Positions 10,297-19,058 of a DNA stretch of 64,000 nt are shown one piece after another; position 1 is the first letter of the stretch, and each line of letters starts with the position of its first letter. The notes under the pieces were generated by a model. It ran no database searches, was not told the origin of the DNA, and worked only from the letters and a program-made list of their open reading frames with translations. A program made the position numbers and the translations under genes. The DNA is taken from IMG/VR virus record IMGVR_UViG_3300021979_000003, positions 96,001 to 160,000 of that record; one strand, written 5' to 3'. Origin of the DNA: a virus (Duplodnaviria; Caudoviricetes).

Positions 10297-12522
10297 TTAG
10301 TTCAAGACTTTAAGGCTGTATCCATCACCTTGAACATTAACGGTAGCTTTACCACCACCTTTAAGCTCACCATAAACAATTTCTTTAGAAAGTGGCTTTT
10401 TGATTTTGTCTTTAATCTCACGCTTAAGTGGACGTGCACCCAAGGTCTGATCAAATCCATCTTCAATAAGCTTTTCTTTGGCTTTCTTAGAAAGCGTTAC
10501 AGTAACACCATTGGAAGCTAGCTGCTCATTAAGTAGCTTGATTTCTTTTTCAACAATAAGCTCCATACTTTCCAGAGTTAGATTATTGAATGAGCTTGTA
10601 GCACTTAGACGGTTTAGGAACTCTGGGGCAAAGAACTTCTTAATTGCGTCCAGATCAGCCATACTCTGTGCTTTGTTATTGAAACCAATACTTCCTGCAT
10701 TCTTTTCCTGTGCACCAAGGTTGGTGGTCATAAGAATGATCACATCCTTAAAGCTCACGGTTTTACCCTGTGACGATGTTAGTTTTGCATCATCCATTAC
10801 TTGTAGAAGTACAGTTAGCACTTTTGGATGTGCCTTTTCAACTTCGTCTAGAAGTAGAACACAGTTCGGATTGTCTGCGATATCATCAATCAGCTTAGCA
10901 GAGTTTTCATCATAACCGGCATAACCGGGAGGAGCACCAATCAACTTCGCAACTGAGTGTGATTCCTGATACTCAGACATATCGTATTTAATAAGTGGAA
11001 CAGCTAGGTTATTCGCAAGCTGTCGTGCAAGCTCAGTTTTACCCACACCAGACGTACCACTCATCAAGAACGAACCAACAGGTTTATTTTCCTCTTTCAA
11101 ACCAGACTTGGAAATCAAGATTTCTTCACAAATCAGATCAACAATATGATCCTGACCAAAAAGATTTTTCTTGATATTGGAGTCAAGATTCTTGAATACA
11201 TTGTCTTCTGTTTTCTGCATTGACTGTAGTGGTACGTTAGAAATCTTTGATACCGTCTTCTGGAACTCATCGATAGTCACAGTACTTACGTCATTGATTT
11301 TACAGTGTGCACCAGCAGCATCAAGTACATCAATAGCTTTATCTGGGAACGCACGTTGCTGGATATAACGCTGACATAGACCAAGCATATCTTCTAGGTC
11401 TTCTGGCTTGTAAGTTACGTTATGGAACTTCTCGTAAATTGGAACAAGCTTTTCCAAGATAGTAAGAGTGTCTTTGAATGAAGGCTCTTTAATAGTATAG
11501 TTCTGAAAACGACGAACCATTGCCTTGTCTTTTTCAAAGCTGGTTTTGTATTCTTCACCAGTGGTAGCCGCGATACACATTAGTTCACCACGAGCCAACA
11601 TTGGTTTCAGAATGTTACCAAGGTCAACACCGCCTTGTGTAGAAGCACCAGCACCCATTACAGTATGAGCTTCGTCAATAAAGACAATGCAATTACCTTG
11701 CTCAGCAAGATATTCGATAGACTTCTTAGCACGTTCTTCAAACTCACCACGATACTTAGTACCAGCAAGCATACCTGCTACATCAAGTACCATGACACGC
11801 TTGTCTGTTAGAGTTTCATGGCAATTACCTTGTTGGATAGCCAGTGCAATACCTTCCACCACCGCAGTTTTACCTACACCGGGGTTACCTAGAAGCATCG
11901 CATTGTTTTTCTTCTTACGTGCTAGAATTTCCGTGATTTCATGAATTTCAGTATCACGTCCAATGACTGGATCAAGACGACCTTCTTCAGCTTCGGTAGT
12001 AAGATCGGTAATGAAGTCACCTTCTTCAACAACTTCTTTGCCACTCTTTGTGCTTGCTTTTTTAAGAGCATCAAGGATTTTCTGACGTGCATCATGCACA
12101 GAATGGTCAAGAATTTCAGATGTGACATCAAGACTATCGTAGTGTTCCTCAATAAGAACTGCGAGAACATCTTCACAACGAGTATCTTGTGTGGTTCGAC
12201 CTTTAGACATAACATTCATGACCGCAGTTGAGATAGACTGCATAACAGTCTTTGAGATTACCAGTTCGTTTTCATTACGAACGGTTGCGCCGGGGGAATG
12301 CCTTTGAAGTTCGTTTTTAATAACTCGGGCTAGTGTCTCTGCGTTAATTTCTGCGTCACGGAAAACACTTACAATGTGTTCATTGGAAAGCAGTGAAACG
12401 AAGAGGTGATCTGCCGTAAGCGCGTCGTACTTTGTTTGAAGTGCCAGTTCGGAACTTTCGGTAATTACATTCGCGACCTCTGGCGGTACACGTGGATCAC
12501 GGCTTTGATTCTGATCACTCAT
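10297..12522 (-). CDS. clpA: ClpA-like Hsp100 ATPase
   Basis: Clp N-domain, Walker A GNPGVGKT and B FIDEAH, KYRGEFEER pore loop, second Walker A GTSGVGKT and B LLDEVEK, GAPPGYAG, IGF loop, GARPLKR; no M-domain. Confidence 0.93.
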   Translation of the reverse strand: MSDQNQSRDPRVPPEVANVITESSELALQTKYDALTADHLFVSLLSNEHIVSVFRDAEINAETLARVIKNELQRHSPGATVRNENELVISKTVMQSISTAVMNVMSKGRTTQDTRCEDVLAVLIEEHYDSLDVTSEILDHSVHDARQKILDALKKASTKSGKEVVEEGDFITDLTTEAEEGRLDPVIGRDTEIHEITEILARKKKNNAMLLGNPGVGKTAVVEGIALAIQQGNCHETLTDKRVMVLDVAGMLAGTKYRGEFEERAKKSIEYLAEQGNCIVFIDEAHTVMGAGASTQGGVDLGNILKPMLARGELMCIAATTGEEYKTSFEKDKAMVRRFQNYTIKEPSFKDTLTILEKLVPIYEKFHNVTYKPEDLEDMLGLCQRYIQQRAFPDKAIDVLDAAGAHCKINDVSTVTIDEFQKTVSKISNVPLQSMQKTEDNVFKNLDSNIKKNLFGQDHIVDLICEEILISKSGLKEENKPVGSFLMSGTSGVGKTELARQLANNLAVPLIKYDMSEYQESHSVAKLIGAPPGYAGYDENSAKLIDDIADNPNCVLLLDEVEKAHPKVLTVLLQVMDDAKLTSSQGKTVSFKDVIILMTTNLGAQEKNAGSIGFNNKAQSMADLDAIKKFFAPEFLNRLSATSSFNNLTLESMELIVEKEIKLLNEQLASNGVTVTLSKKAKEKLIEDGFDQTLGARPLKREIKDKIKKPLSKEIVYGELKGGGKATVNVQGDGYSLKVLN

Positions 12523-12598
12523 AGAACTTACTCCTGTTTTGATTGTTTAGTTACAATATTTGGTCATTATACTCAGACCACAACTTTTTTTGCAAGCA

Positions 12599-12982
12599 TT
12601 ATTCTTCGTTTTCTTCAGAAGGGTCTTTCTTATAGTAGTCTTTTACTGACTTCAAAAGAATCTTGTTCGCTTCCAGATAACGATTAATGTCTTGGATATT
12701 ATAGGACATGCTTTCATAACCGTCAACACTCAAGCCATAGTAAACAACAGGTAAGTCGTTTGGATTGCCGTTGAGAATTTCTCTCATCTTATCGCGTGTA
12801 ATAACATAAAACTTCACATCACGCATATTGATAGGCTCTGGTTCCTCAAAATCGTAAGGAATTTTACATACCAAAGCAGGATTTTCATCAATCTCTTCTG
12901 TTTTGATCATTCGTGTGAAGAATCCACACCCGCTGATCATACTACTGATCAGAATTAAAGTTAGAATTTTTTTCAACATCAT
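12599..12982 (-). CDS. o-spanin (Rz1-like outer-membrane lipoprotein)
   Basis: MMLKKILTLILISSMISG|C lipobox, Pro-rich periplasmic part, overlaps 3' end of upstream TM/coiled-coil gene. Confidence 0.75.
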   Translation of the reverse strand: MMLKKILTLILISSMISGCGFFTRMIKTEEIDENPALVCKIPYDFEEPEPINMRDVKFYVITRDKMREILNGNPNDLPVVYYGLSVDGYESMSYNIQDINRYLEANKILLKSVKDYYKKDPSEENEE

Positions 12983-13379
12983 CAAACACCTTCTTAGTTG
13001 CATCGTTTATTCTTCGTTCTATGAGTCCGGGCTTAGCTTCACTTAAAGCCTCTAGGTCACGTTCTGTCCCATCAGCAGATGTATTGAATGTTTCATATAG
13101 TTCACTGATGATCTGATTGTTTCTTTCATTTGATTCTCTAATCTCATTCGCATACTGTTCTTGCTGATTAAGATCACGAACTACTTGGTTTCGAAACTCA
13201 TTCATATCTCTTTCTAAGTTTTGATTGGCAGTAACTACTTCTTCTACCTGACTTTCAAGTAGGTCATTCTCAGACTTTAAAGCATCTATACGAAAGTACC
13301 CATACACTAACACACTTCCTATTATAAGGTACACGGACCAGTTAGAAAAATTAAAAAAGCTCTTTATCGCTGTTAACAC
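12942..13379 (-). CDS. i-spanin (Rz-like)
   Basis: N-terminal TM helix (WSVYLIIGSVLVYGYF) followed by long coiled coil; overlapped by lipoprotein gene. Confidence 0.75.
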   Translation of the reverse strand: MLTAIKSFFNFSNWSVYLIIGSVLVYGYFRIDALKSENDLLESQVEEVVTANQNLERDMNEFRNQVVRDLNQQEQYANEIRESNERNNQIISELYETFNTSADGTERDLEALSEAKPGLIERRINDATKKVFDDVEKNSNFNSDQ

Positions 13380-13395
13380 AACACACCTCCACTAC

Positions 13396-13797
13396 TTATT
13401 CTTCATCCGACTGCTTTTCAAAATAAGTCTTTATATCATTAATATCTATTTTCTTAGATTCTTGTTTGTAAATCTTCACTTTCCACTTATCTAATCCAGA
13501 TACCATTCCTAATTCTAGTAATATACGCATGATGTCATCCCATGTTTTATCATTTAGGAACAGTTCTATATAAACAGTATAACGTCCTTCAGTGTCACTA
13601 TAGTCGATTGTAGTAACATCAACTAACTGTGTTAGTGGCATATAGTTTATAAAACTTTTCATATCAGATAGAACATCTTCCTCTTTTACATAAAAGTTTA
13701 CAACCAGCATTTCACTATTTTTTCCACTTTTAGGATCGAACATACCAACCTCCAAATATGGAAGAAGTACGTACTCTAAGTCTTTATGTTTGAACAT
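13396..13797 (-). CDS. Hypothetical protein
   Basis: 133-aa ORF, translationally coupled (TAATG) to a 68-aa in-strand ORF call; co-oriented with neighbours. Confidence 0.6.
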   Translation of the reverse strand: MFKHKDLEYVLLPYLEVGMFDPKSGKNSEMLVVNFYVKEEDVLSDMKSFINYMPLTQLVDVTTIDYSDTEGRYTVYIELFLNDKTWDDIMRILLELGMVSGLDKWKVKIYKQESKKIDINDIKTYFEKQSDEE

Positions 13798-13815
13798 TAT
13801 CTTTTAACCCTTGTA

Positions 13816-14412
13816 TTAAAATTCAAAATCTTCATCACCGCCACCTTCGTCGCCTCCACCAAGGCCACCAAAGTCGTCTCCACCACCGCCTCCCATAGAG
13901 GATGCAGCACTTTCTTCAGCTTCTTCTTCACCTTGATAGATAGCTTCAATGTCACTGTATTGAATATCTTCACCATCAATATTAAACATGGTGTTGCCAT
14001 CAAGTGCTAAGTAACGTTGTGGTACGCGTATGGTTACTATCCACACACGGTGTTCAAATACTTTTTTATGAAACCCCTGTTCAGCGGTATATTCAATTGG
14101 CCTTTCGCTATCATCTTTAACCAAAGCCACTCTTTTATATGTGTCTTCTTCTAGCTCAACCATACATTCTAGATTTGTTAATCTTTCGAATACAGCAGGG
14201 TTAGGTGGCATTTTATTTGGAAACATGATCTTTATAGTCACATAATACTTTTCAATTTGAGGACCAAATACCAATTCCCCATCTATCCAGTTATCAAACG
14301 CAAAAGCACCAATCTGCTCCATAAAAGCAGCAACTTCCATGGCAGCATCAAGCTTACCATAGTCATCATTTACATTTTTTGTGTTTTTATATATTGTACT
14401 TGTCGTAATCAC
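13816..14412 (-). CDS. Hypothetical protein with acidic Gly-rich tail (start uncertain)
   Basis: 198-aa ORF, AFDNWIDGELVFGP segment, late promoter TATAAATA at 14435..14442 (-). Confidence 0.65.
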   Translation of the reverse strand: MITTSTIYKNTKNVNDDYGKLDAAMEVAAFMEQIGAFAFDNWIDGELVFGPQIEKYYVTIKIMFPNKMPPNPAVFERLTNLECMVELEEDTYKRVALVKDDSERPIEYTAEQGFHKKVFEHRVWIVTIRVPQRYLALDGNTMFNIDGEDIQYSDIEAIYQGEEEAEESAASSMGGGGGDDFGGLGGGDEGGGDEDFEF

Positions 14413-14477
14413 AGCAAATATCCTTGTTTATTGATATTTATAGGAGGATAAATATTACTACCACAGATGAGGTGACT

Positions 14478-16271
14478 ATGAAACCAAAAAAAGAAGAACT
14501 TGAAGTAAACACAAAATATATTCCAAAATTGAAGCCTGAAAATAAGGAACAGTCCAAAGCCTTAAGTAATCTTGAGTCGGATGTTCCTTATAATTTTCTA
14601 GTCGGACCCGCAGGAACTGGTAAGGCTCAGCCGCTAGATGCAAAAATAAAAGTACCCAATGGTTGGAAGCTAATGGGGGAGATTGAGGTAGGTGATACAG
14701 TATCTACACCTACTGGTGATAGTGCACCAGTTAGCGGTATATTTCCACAGGGAACTAAAGACATTTACCGTGTGACTTTTACAGACGGTCGTAGTACTGA
14801 ATGTTGCGAAGATCACTTATGGGAGGTTTACTATCCTGATAATTGGGGGCAAAAACCAAAAGTGCTTTCTTTAAAAGAAATTAAAGAAAAGTCTAAGACC
14901 TTGAGAAGAAAATTTCAAGTAAGATTGCCGCAACATGAAAAAAATACAGACACCAGTCTGCCCATCGACCCTTACGTGTTAGGCTGTCTCTTAGGAGACG
15001 GTGGTATGACAGTGACTGGAAGGATAGTAATAACTACAGCAGACGAATGTATTATTGATAAATTAAACGAATCAGTAGAAGGTATATTTAAGCATAAAAA
15101 TAATTCAGATTACGATTACATATACACGCATGGTGGGAAAGGTTCTGGTAATAGAAAGGGAACCTTTGGTTCAGAACTACGCCAAAACATTTATGAATTA
15201 GGATTATTTGGAAAAAAATCTCACGAAAAATTCATACCGGACCAATATCTTTATGACACTTCTAAGTCTCAAAAAATAAAACTATTACAAGGACTTCTTG
15301 ACACAGACGGATATGCAGCAAAGAAAAACAACTCATTATATTTCACGTCAACAAGCGAAGTGTTAAGCAAACAGGTGCAGTACTTAGTTAGGTCCATTGG
15401 CGGAACAGCAAAAATATCTTCTAGAACTAATTCTTATACTTACAAAGATCAAAGTAAAAAAGGAAGATTATCATTTACAGTCACCATTGACTATGCAGAA
15501 AAAACAAATCTTGTGTCCTTAGAAAGAAAAAAACTCTGTCTTAAAGATAATGGTCAATATATAAAAACTGGACGTATTGGAATTGACACAATAGAATACG
15601 TAGGAAAGAAAGAAGCTCAATGTATCATGATAGATTCGGAAGATCATTTATATATCACAGATGATTTTGTAGTTACCCATAATACCCTGTTTGCTACCGT
15701 GTATGCTATTAAAAAATATCTAGATGGTACATATAAAAAGATTGTTATCACTAGACCCGCCGTATCCGTTGATGAAGATCACGGTTTCCTCCCCGGTGAT
15801 CTTACGGCTAAGATGCACCCTTGGATGCTTCCAATCATAGATGTATTCATGGAGTTCTTTGATTCTGAAACACTAGAACATATGATCAGAGAAGGCGACC
15901 TCGAAATTGCACCGCTTGCCTATATGCGTGGACGTAACTTGGGCGCAATCATGATCGATGAAAACAGTGACAAACGTGGATTCATAATCATAGCAGATGA
16001 AATTCAAAACTCTACTCCTGAACAAATGAAGATGCTATTAACTAGACTAGGTAAAAACAGTAAAATGATTATTACTGGCGACTTATCTCAACATGATAGA
16101 GGTTTGGAATATAATGGACTTGGTGATGCTTACAACCGAATAAAGAAGCACGGCATCAATGAATCTTATATAACTATCGATACATTTAATAAAAAAGGTG
16201 TTGTTCGTAGTGAAGCTGTTAAAAACGTACTAAACTTATATCCAGAAGATGATTCTAAGGATGACAAATAA
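14478..16271 (+). CDS. phoH: PhoH-family ATPase interrupted by an intein
   Basis: GPAGTGK|T Walker A split by intein; RPAV, EIAPLAYMRGR, IIADEIQN, IITGDLSQHD motifs; SD gaggtg before ATG 14478. Confidence 0.93.
   Translation: MKPKKEELEVNTKYIPKLKPENKEQSKALSNLESDVPYNFLVGPAGTGKAQPLDAKIKVPNGWKLMGEIEVGDTVSTPTGDSAPVSGIFPQGTKDIYRVTFTDGRSTECCEDHLWEVYYPDNWGQKPKVLSLKEIKEKSKTLRRKFQVRLPQHEKNTDTSLPIDPYVLGCLLGDGGMTVTGRIVITTADECIIDKLNESVEGIFKHKNNSDYDYIYTHGGKGSGNRKGTFGSELRQNIYELGLFGKKSHEKFIPDQYLYDTSKSQKIKLLQGLLDTDGYAAKKNNSLYFTSTSEVLSKQVQYLVRSIGGTAKISSRTNSYTYKDQSKKGRLSFTVTIDYAEKTNLVSLERKKLCLKDNGQYIKTGRIGIDTIEYVGKKEAQCIMIDSEDHLYITDDFVVTHNTLFATVYAIKKYLDGTYKKIVITRPAVSVDEDHGFLPGDLTAKMHPWMLPIIDVFMEFFDSETLEHMIREGDLEIAPLAYMRGRNLGAIMIDENSDKRGFIIIADEIQNSTPEQMKMLLTRLGKNSKMIITGDLSQHDRGLEYNGLGDAYNRIKKHGINESYITIDTFNKKGVVRSEAVKNVLNLYPEDDSKDDK
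14625..15683 (+). mobile_element. Class 3 intein (353 aa) with LAGLIDADG homing endonuclease
   Basis: Starts with Ala (AQPLDAK), block B CCEDHLW, block F AQCIMID, block G VVTHN|T; LAGLIDADG motifs LGCLLGDG and LQGLLDTDG. Confidence 0.9.
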
Positions 16272-16340
16272 TTAACTTATAATGTTTTTATTGAAAGGAT
16301 TCTATAAATAATAATATACACAATATAGGAGATATACACT

Positions 16341-16556
16341 ATGACACACGAAGAAAAATTCACATCACTACTTGGCTCTCTAAGCGGTTCAGAGCAAGCA
16401 TTTATGATCAACATCCCAAGCAACATTGGTAATCCGGTTAAAATGCTATCTCGTAAGGTTCCACAGGGAGCAAAAGTAAAAATCGACGGTTCTGTAATGT
16501 ACGTAAAAGCGCCAGAGTTTACTCACCAAGACGCTGTACTTCTACAGGTATCTTAA
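16341..16556 (+). CDS. Small hypothetical protein
   Basis: 71 aa, SD aggaga, TATAAATA at 16303..16310, followed by terminator. Confidence 0.7.
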   Translation: MTHEEKFTSLLGSLSGSEQAFMINIPSNIGNPVKMLSRKVPQGAKVKIDGSVMYVKAPEFTHQDAVLLQVS

Positions 16557-16560
16557 TTCA

Positions 16561-16585
16561 AAGGGAGGCTTAGCCTCCCTTTTTT
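16561..16585. terminator. Bidirectional terminator
   Basis: aagggaggc-tta-gcctccctt plus T-run between convergent genes. Confidence 0.8.
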
Positions 16586-17459
16586 ATACCGCCATTGGTG
16601 GACGTTCTGCTAGAATCGGTGTTTTATTAACTTCCAACCCATTAACTTCAATATCTTCCCACTTCAATTCAATAATATCATCAATCGTATGAAACTCTTT
16701 ATTAATAGTAAGAGTACCGGGAGTGCCCAAATCCCTATGAACAATTTCTTTTGCAAATTCAATTTGATTTTCATACATGTGAATGTCAGTAAGATCACAA
16801 GACATATATCCAACGTTCATATTTGCTAGCTTAGCCATACAAACTAGGTATAGGGCATATTGCTGTCGAGCGAATGACTCACCAAACACAACATCCAGAC
16901 TTCGATTCATTACTTTCATATTTAATGTAACTGAACCATCTTTCTCAGGAATGCATACGAACTGGTGAGAATGCCAACAAGGTGTAAGTGCCATTTGCTT
17001 ACTTTGTGCTGGATTCCAAAACGTTGTAACCATTCTTCTACTATAAGGGTCGTTAAGTAGGGTATTACTGATTTCCATAAGCTGATCAAATTCATCAGAG
17101 AAGTTTCTCCACTGGTATCCGTATGCTTTTCCCATATCGCCAGCAGGTAAGTGTTTTAATCCACGGTTGTCTAGGAATTCTCTGGTTGTGTTGCCTTCCC
17201 AAAACTTAACGCCTTGATCATATAAAATATTCGTATCTGTTAAACCTTTCATAAAGAACCAGAATTCTTTATAGGCCATTGACAGTGGATTAGACCTGAA
17301 TGTTGAGAATGGGAACTGTTTACCCACATTCCATACTAGTTTTCGATCAAATACCTTATAGCATCCAACTCCTGTCCTATCAGGAGTTTTCACGCCATTT
17401 TCTAAAACATCTTTCATAAGGTTGATGTAACCTTGCTCATCGTAGTATACTACTGACAT
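16584..17459 (-). CDS. thyA: Thymidylate synthase (ThyA family, atypical active-site residues)
   Basis: DRTGVG, YGYQWR, SRRM, catalytic PC (LTPCW), RSLD, DIHMYENQ. Confidence 0.9.
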   Translation of the reverse strand: MSVVYYDEQGYINLMKDVLENGVKTPDRTGVGCYKVFDRKLVWNVGKQFPFSTFRSNPLSMAYKEFWFFMKGLTDTNILYDQGVKFWEGNTTREFLDNRGLKHLPAGDMGKAYGYQWRNFSDEFDQLMEISNTLLNDPYSRRMVTTFWNPAQSKQMALTPCWHSHQFVCIPEKDGSVTLNMKVMNRSLDVVFGESFARQQYALYLVCMAKLANMNVGYMSCDLTDIHMYENQIEFAKEIVHRDLGTPGTLTINKEFHTIDDIIELKWEDIEVNGLEVNKTPILAERPPMAV

Positions 17460-17471
17460 ATTAACCTCTTT

Positions 17472-17500
17472 TTGCTTGCAATTCGATTAAGAACTATGAT
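17472..17500 (+). promoter_or_regulatory. Host sigma70-type promoter
   Basis: TTGCTT-N17-TATGAT upstream of 17530. Confidence 0.55.
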
Positions 17501-17529
17501 ACCATAGATTAAATTATAGGAAAGGTCTT

Positions 17530-18606
17530 ATGTACAAAAATATTTTTATTGATTGGTTTGAAAACGTATTCTCTGGTGAAATGGTCCGTGACGACATGGT
17601 AGATACAGTTGAAGATTCTCCATGGCACCGCGAAGACAACGTATGGGTTCACACCGAAATGGTAGTGAATCATTATGTCAACATGTCACCGAACACATGG
17701 GATAAGCTGGACCTTATTGGGGCGCTTATGTGTGCGTTCCATGACACCGGTAAGCCGATGGCAGAAGAAGTGGTTACTCGCAGTGATGGTACTGAATATC
17801 GCCGTTACGGAAATCACGATACTATGTCTGGTAACATCTTTATCGATTATTATCTCAAAAATCGTGATATGGAAGTGTTCAAGGTTCTGAACGAAACAGA
17901 CGTTTATAACATCTGGGTAATGATTGCGTATCACATGCCGTACAAGATGAAGAACGAACGCCTTGAAGCTTTGAAGGTTCACATGGAAAGGTTTGAGCTT
18001 ACTGAGGTATTCACTCGTGGTGTGTTTGCAGATGCCAAGGGTCGTTTTGCTGACGATCAGGCTAAGACTGAATCTCAGTCAAAGGCTTGGTGTGATCGCT
18101 TTAAAGCACTTGAGGTTAAGGAAAGTGATCGGGACACTTCCAAGAATGTTATTCTGTTGGAAGGTTGCTCTGGGATCGGTAAGACTACTTTGTCCAATGG
18201 GATTATCCGTTTCTATGGTGAAGACAATGTAGCTTATCACTCTATGGATCAGTTGCGCCTTGACGTGTATTCCAGCGATTACAGTGAGGCATTTCGTCTT
18301 TCGACCGAAGATTCTGATTTCGGAAATAAAGTGAATCAGGACTTTGCCAAAAAGCTTAAGTCTCATAGCTACGTACTGGTTGATAACACCAACCTGACAT
18401 GGAAGCGTCGTAATCAGTACTTGAATAACAGTAAAAATGCTGTTAGAATTGCTTATGTCCTTGTGGCAGACTTCAAGACGGTCTTGGACCGTCAGGCAGG
18501 TCGCGAGGATAAGTTTATTCCGTACCATGCAGTCGAGCGTATGTATTACTCTCACCGTCCTGCAATTTACGGGGAAGTTGACCAAGTAATTCTTAAGGGG
18601 TTTTGA
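17530..18606 (+). CDS. HD-domain phosphoesterase fused to P-loop polynucleotide kinase (HD-Pnk-like)
   Basis: WHREDNVWVHT...FHDTGK...NH..H...D HD signature; C-terminal GCSGIGKTT Walker A, SMDQLR and VLVDNTN motifs. Confidence 0.8.
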   Translation: MYKNIFIDWFENVFSGEMVRDDMVDTVEDSPWHREDNVWVHTEMVVNHYVNMSPNTWDKLDLIGALMCAFHDTGKPMAEEVVTRSDGTEYRRYGNHDTMSGNIFIDYYLKNRDMEVFKVLNETDVYNIWVMIAYHMPYKMKNERLEALKVHMERFELTEVFTRGVFADAKGRFADDQAKTESQSKAWCDRFKALEVKESDRDTSKNVILLEGCSGIGKTTLSNGIIRFYGEDNVAYHSMDQLRLDVYSSDYSEAFRLSTEDSDFGNKVNQDFAKKLKSHSYVLVDNTNLTWKRRNQYLNNSKNAVRIAYVLVADFKTVLDRQAGREDKFIPYHAVERMYYSHRPAIYGEVDQVILKGF

Positions 18607-19058
18607 TGATTGTAACATTTGGCTTTGATGTTAAAGAAGACCAATTTGTGCCAACTCTAGAACCAAGCATGGATCATGAGGTTTGGATTGATAGGGAAAT
18701 CAATCTACCTCATTTTATTTCAAAAGAATTTTTTGTAACACATTACAGAAAACTCACCTTCATGAAACGCTTTGGATTTGATTTTTCTAAATTGAAGTCC
18801 GAAGACGAGCTATATAAAATTCTAAAACTATCAGGCAACGATCTATATTACGCCTGTCAGCTTCTTACAACACGTAAAAGAACCGCACTGTATACCTCGT
18901 GTAAGTCTCAACTCAAAGACTACATTAAAGGTAAAATCCAAGAACCGGTATGGTCACCCAGACAAACTCGTTGCTTATGTGATGACTTTGGGAAAGAATA
19001 TACAGCAAAGTATATTGCTATTTCCAAATCACTTAACGTAATATCATCATTTACTTAA
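18606..19058 (+). CDS. Hypothetical protein
   Basis: TGATG coupling to the HD-Pnk stop, 150 aa. Confidence 0.6.
   Translation: MIVTFGFDVKEDQFVPTLEPSMDHEVWIDREINLPHFISKEFFVTHYRKLTFMKRFGFDFSKLKSEDELYKILKLSGNDLYYACQLLTTRKRTALYTSCKSQLKDYIKGKIQEPVWSPRQTRCLCDDFGKEYTAKYIAISKSLNVISSFT

Noticed and set aside
2413-12231. Numerous plus-strand 60-145 aa ORFs over the minus-strand structural and clpA genes
   Set aside because: Antisense shadows of biased codon usage, lacking SD sites and motifs
17686-18618. Long antisense ORFs (98 and 179 aa) over the HD-Pnk gene
   Set aside because: Exactly in codon register with the sense gene and explained by its lack of TTA/CTA codons; no SD or recognisable motifs
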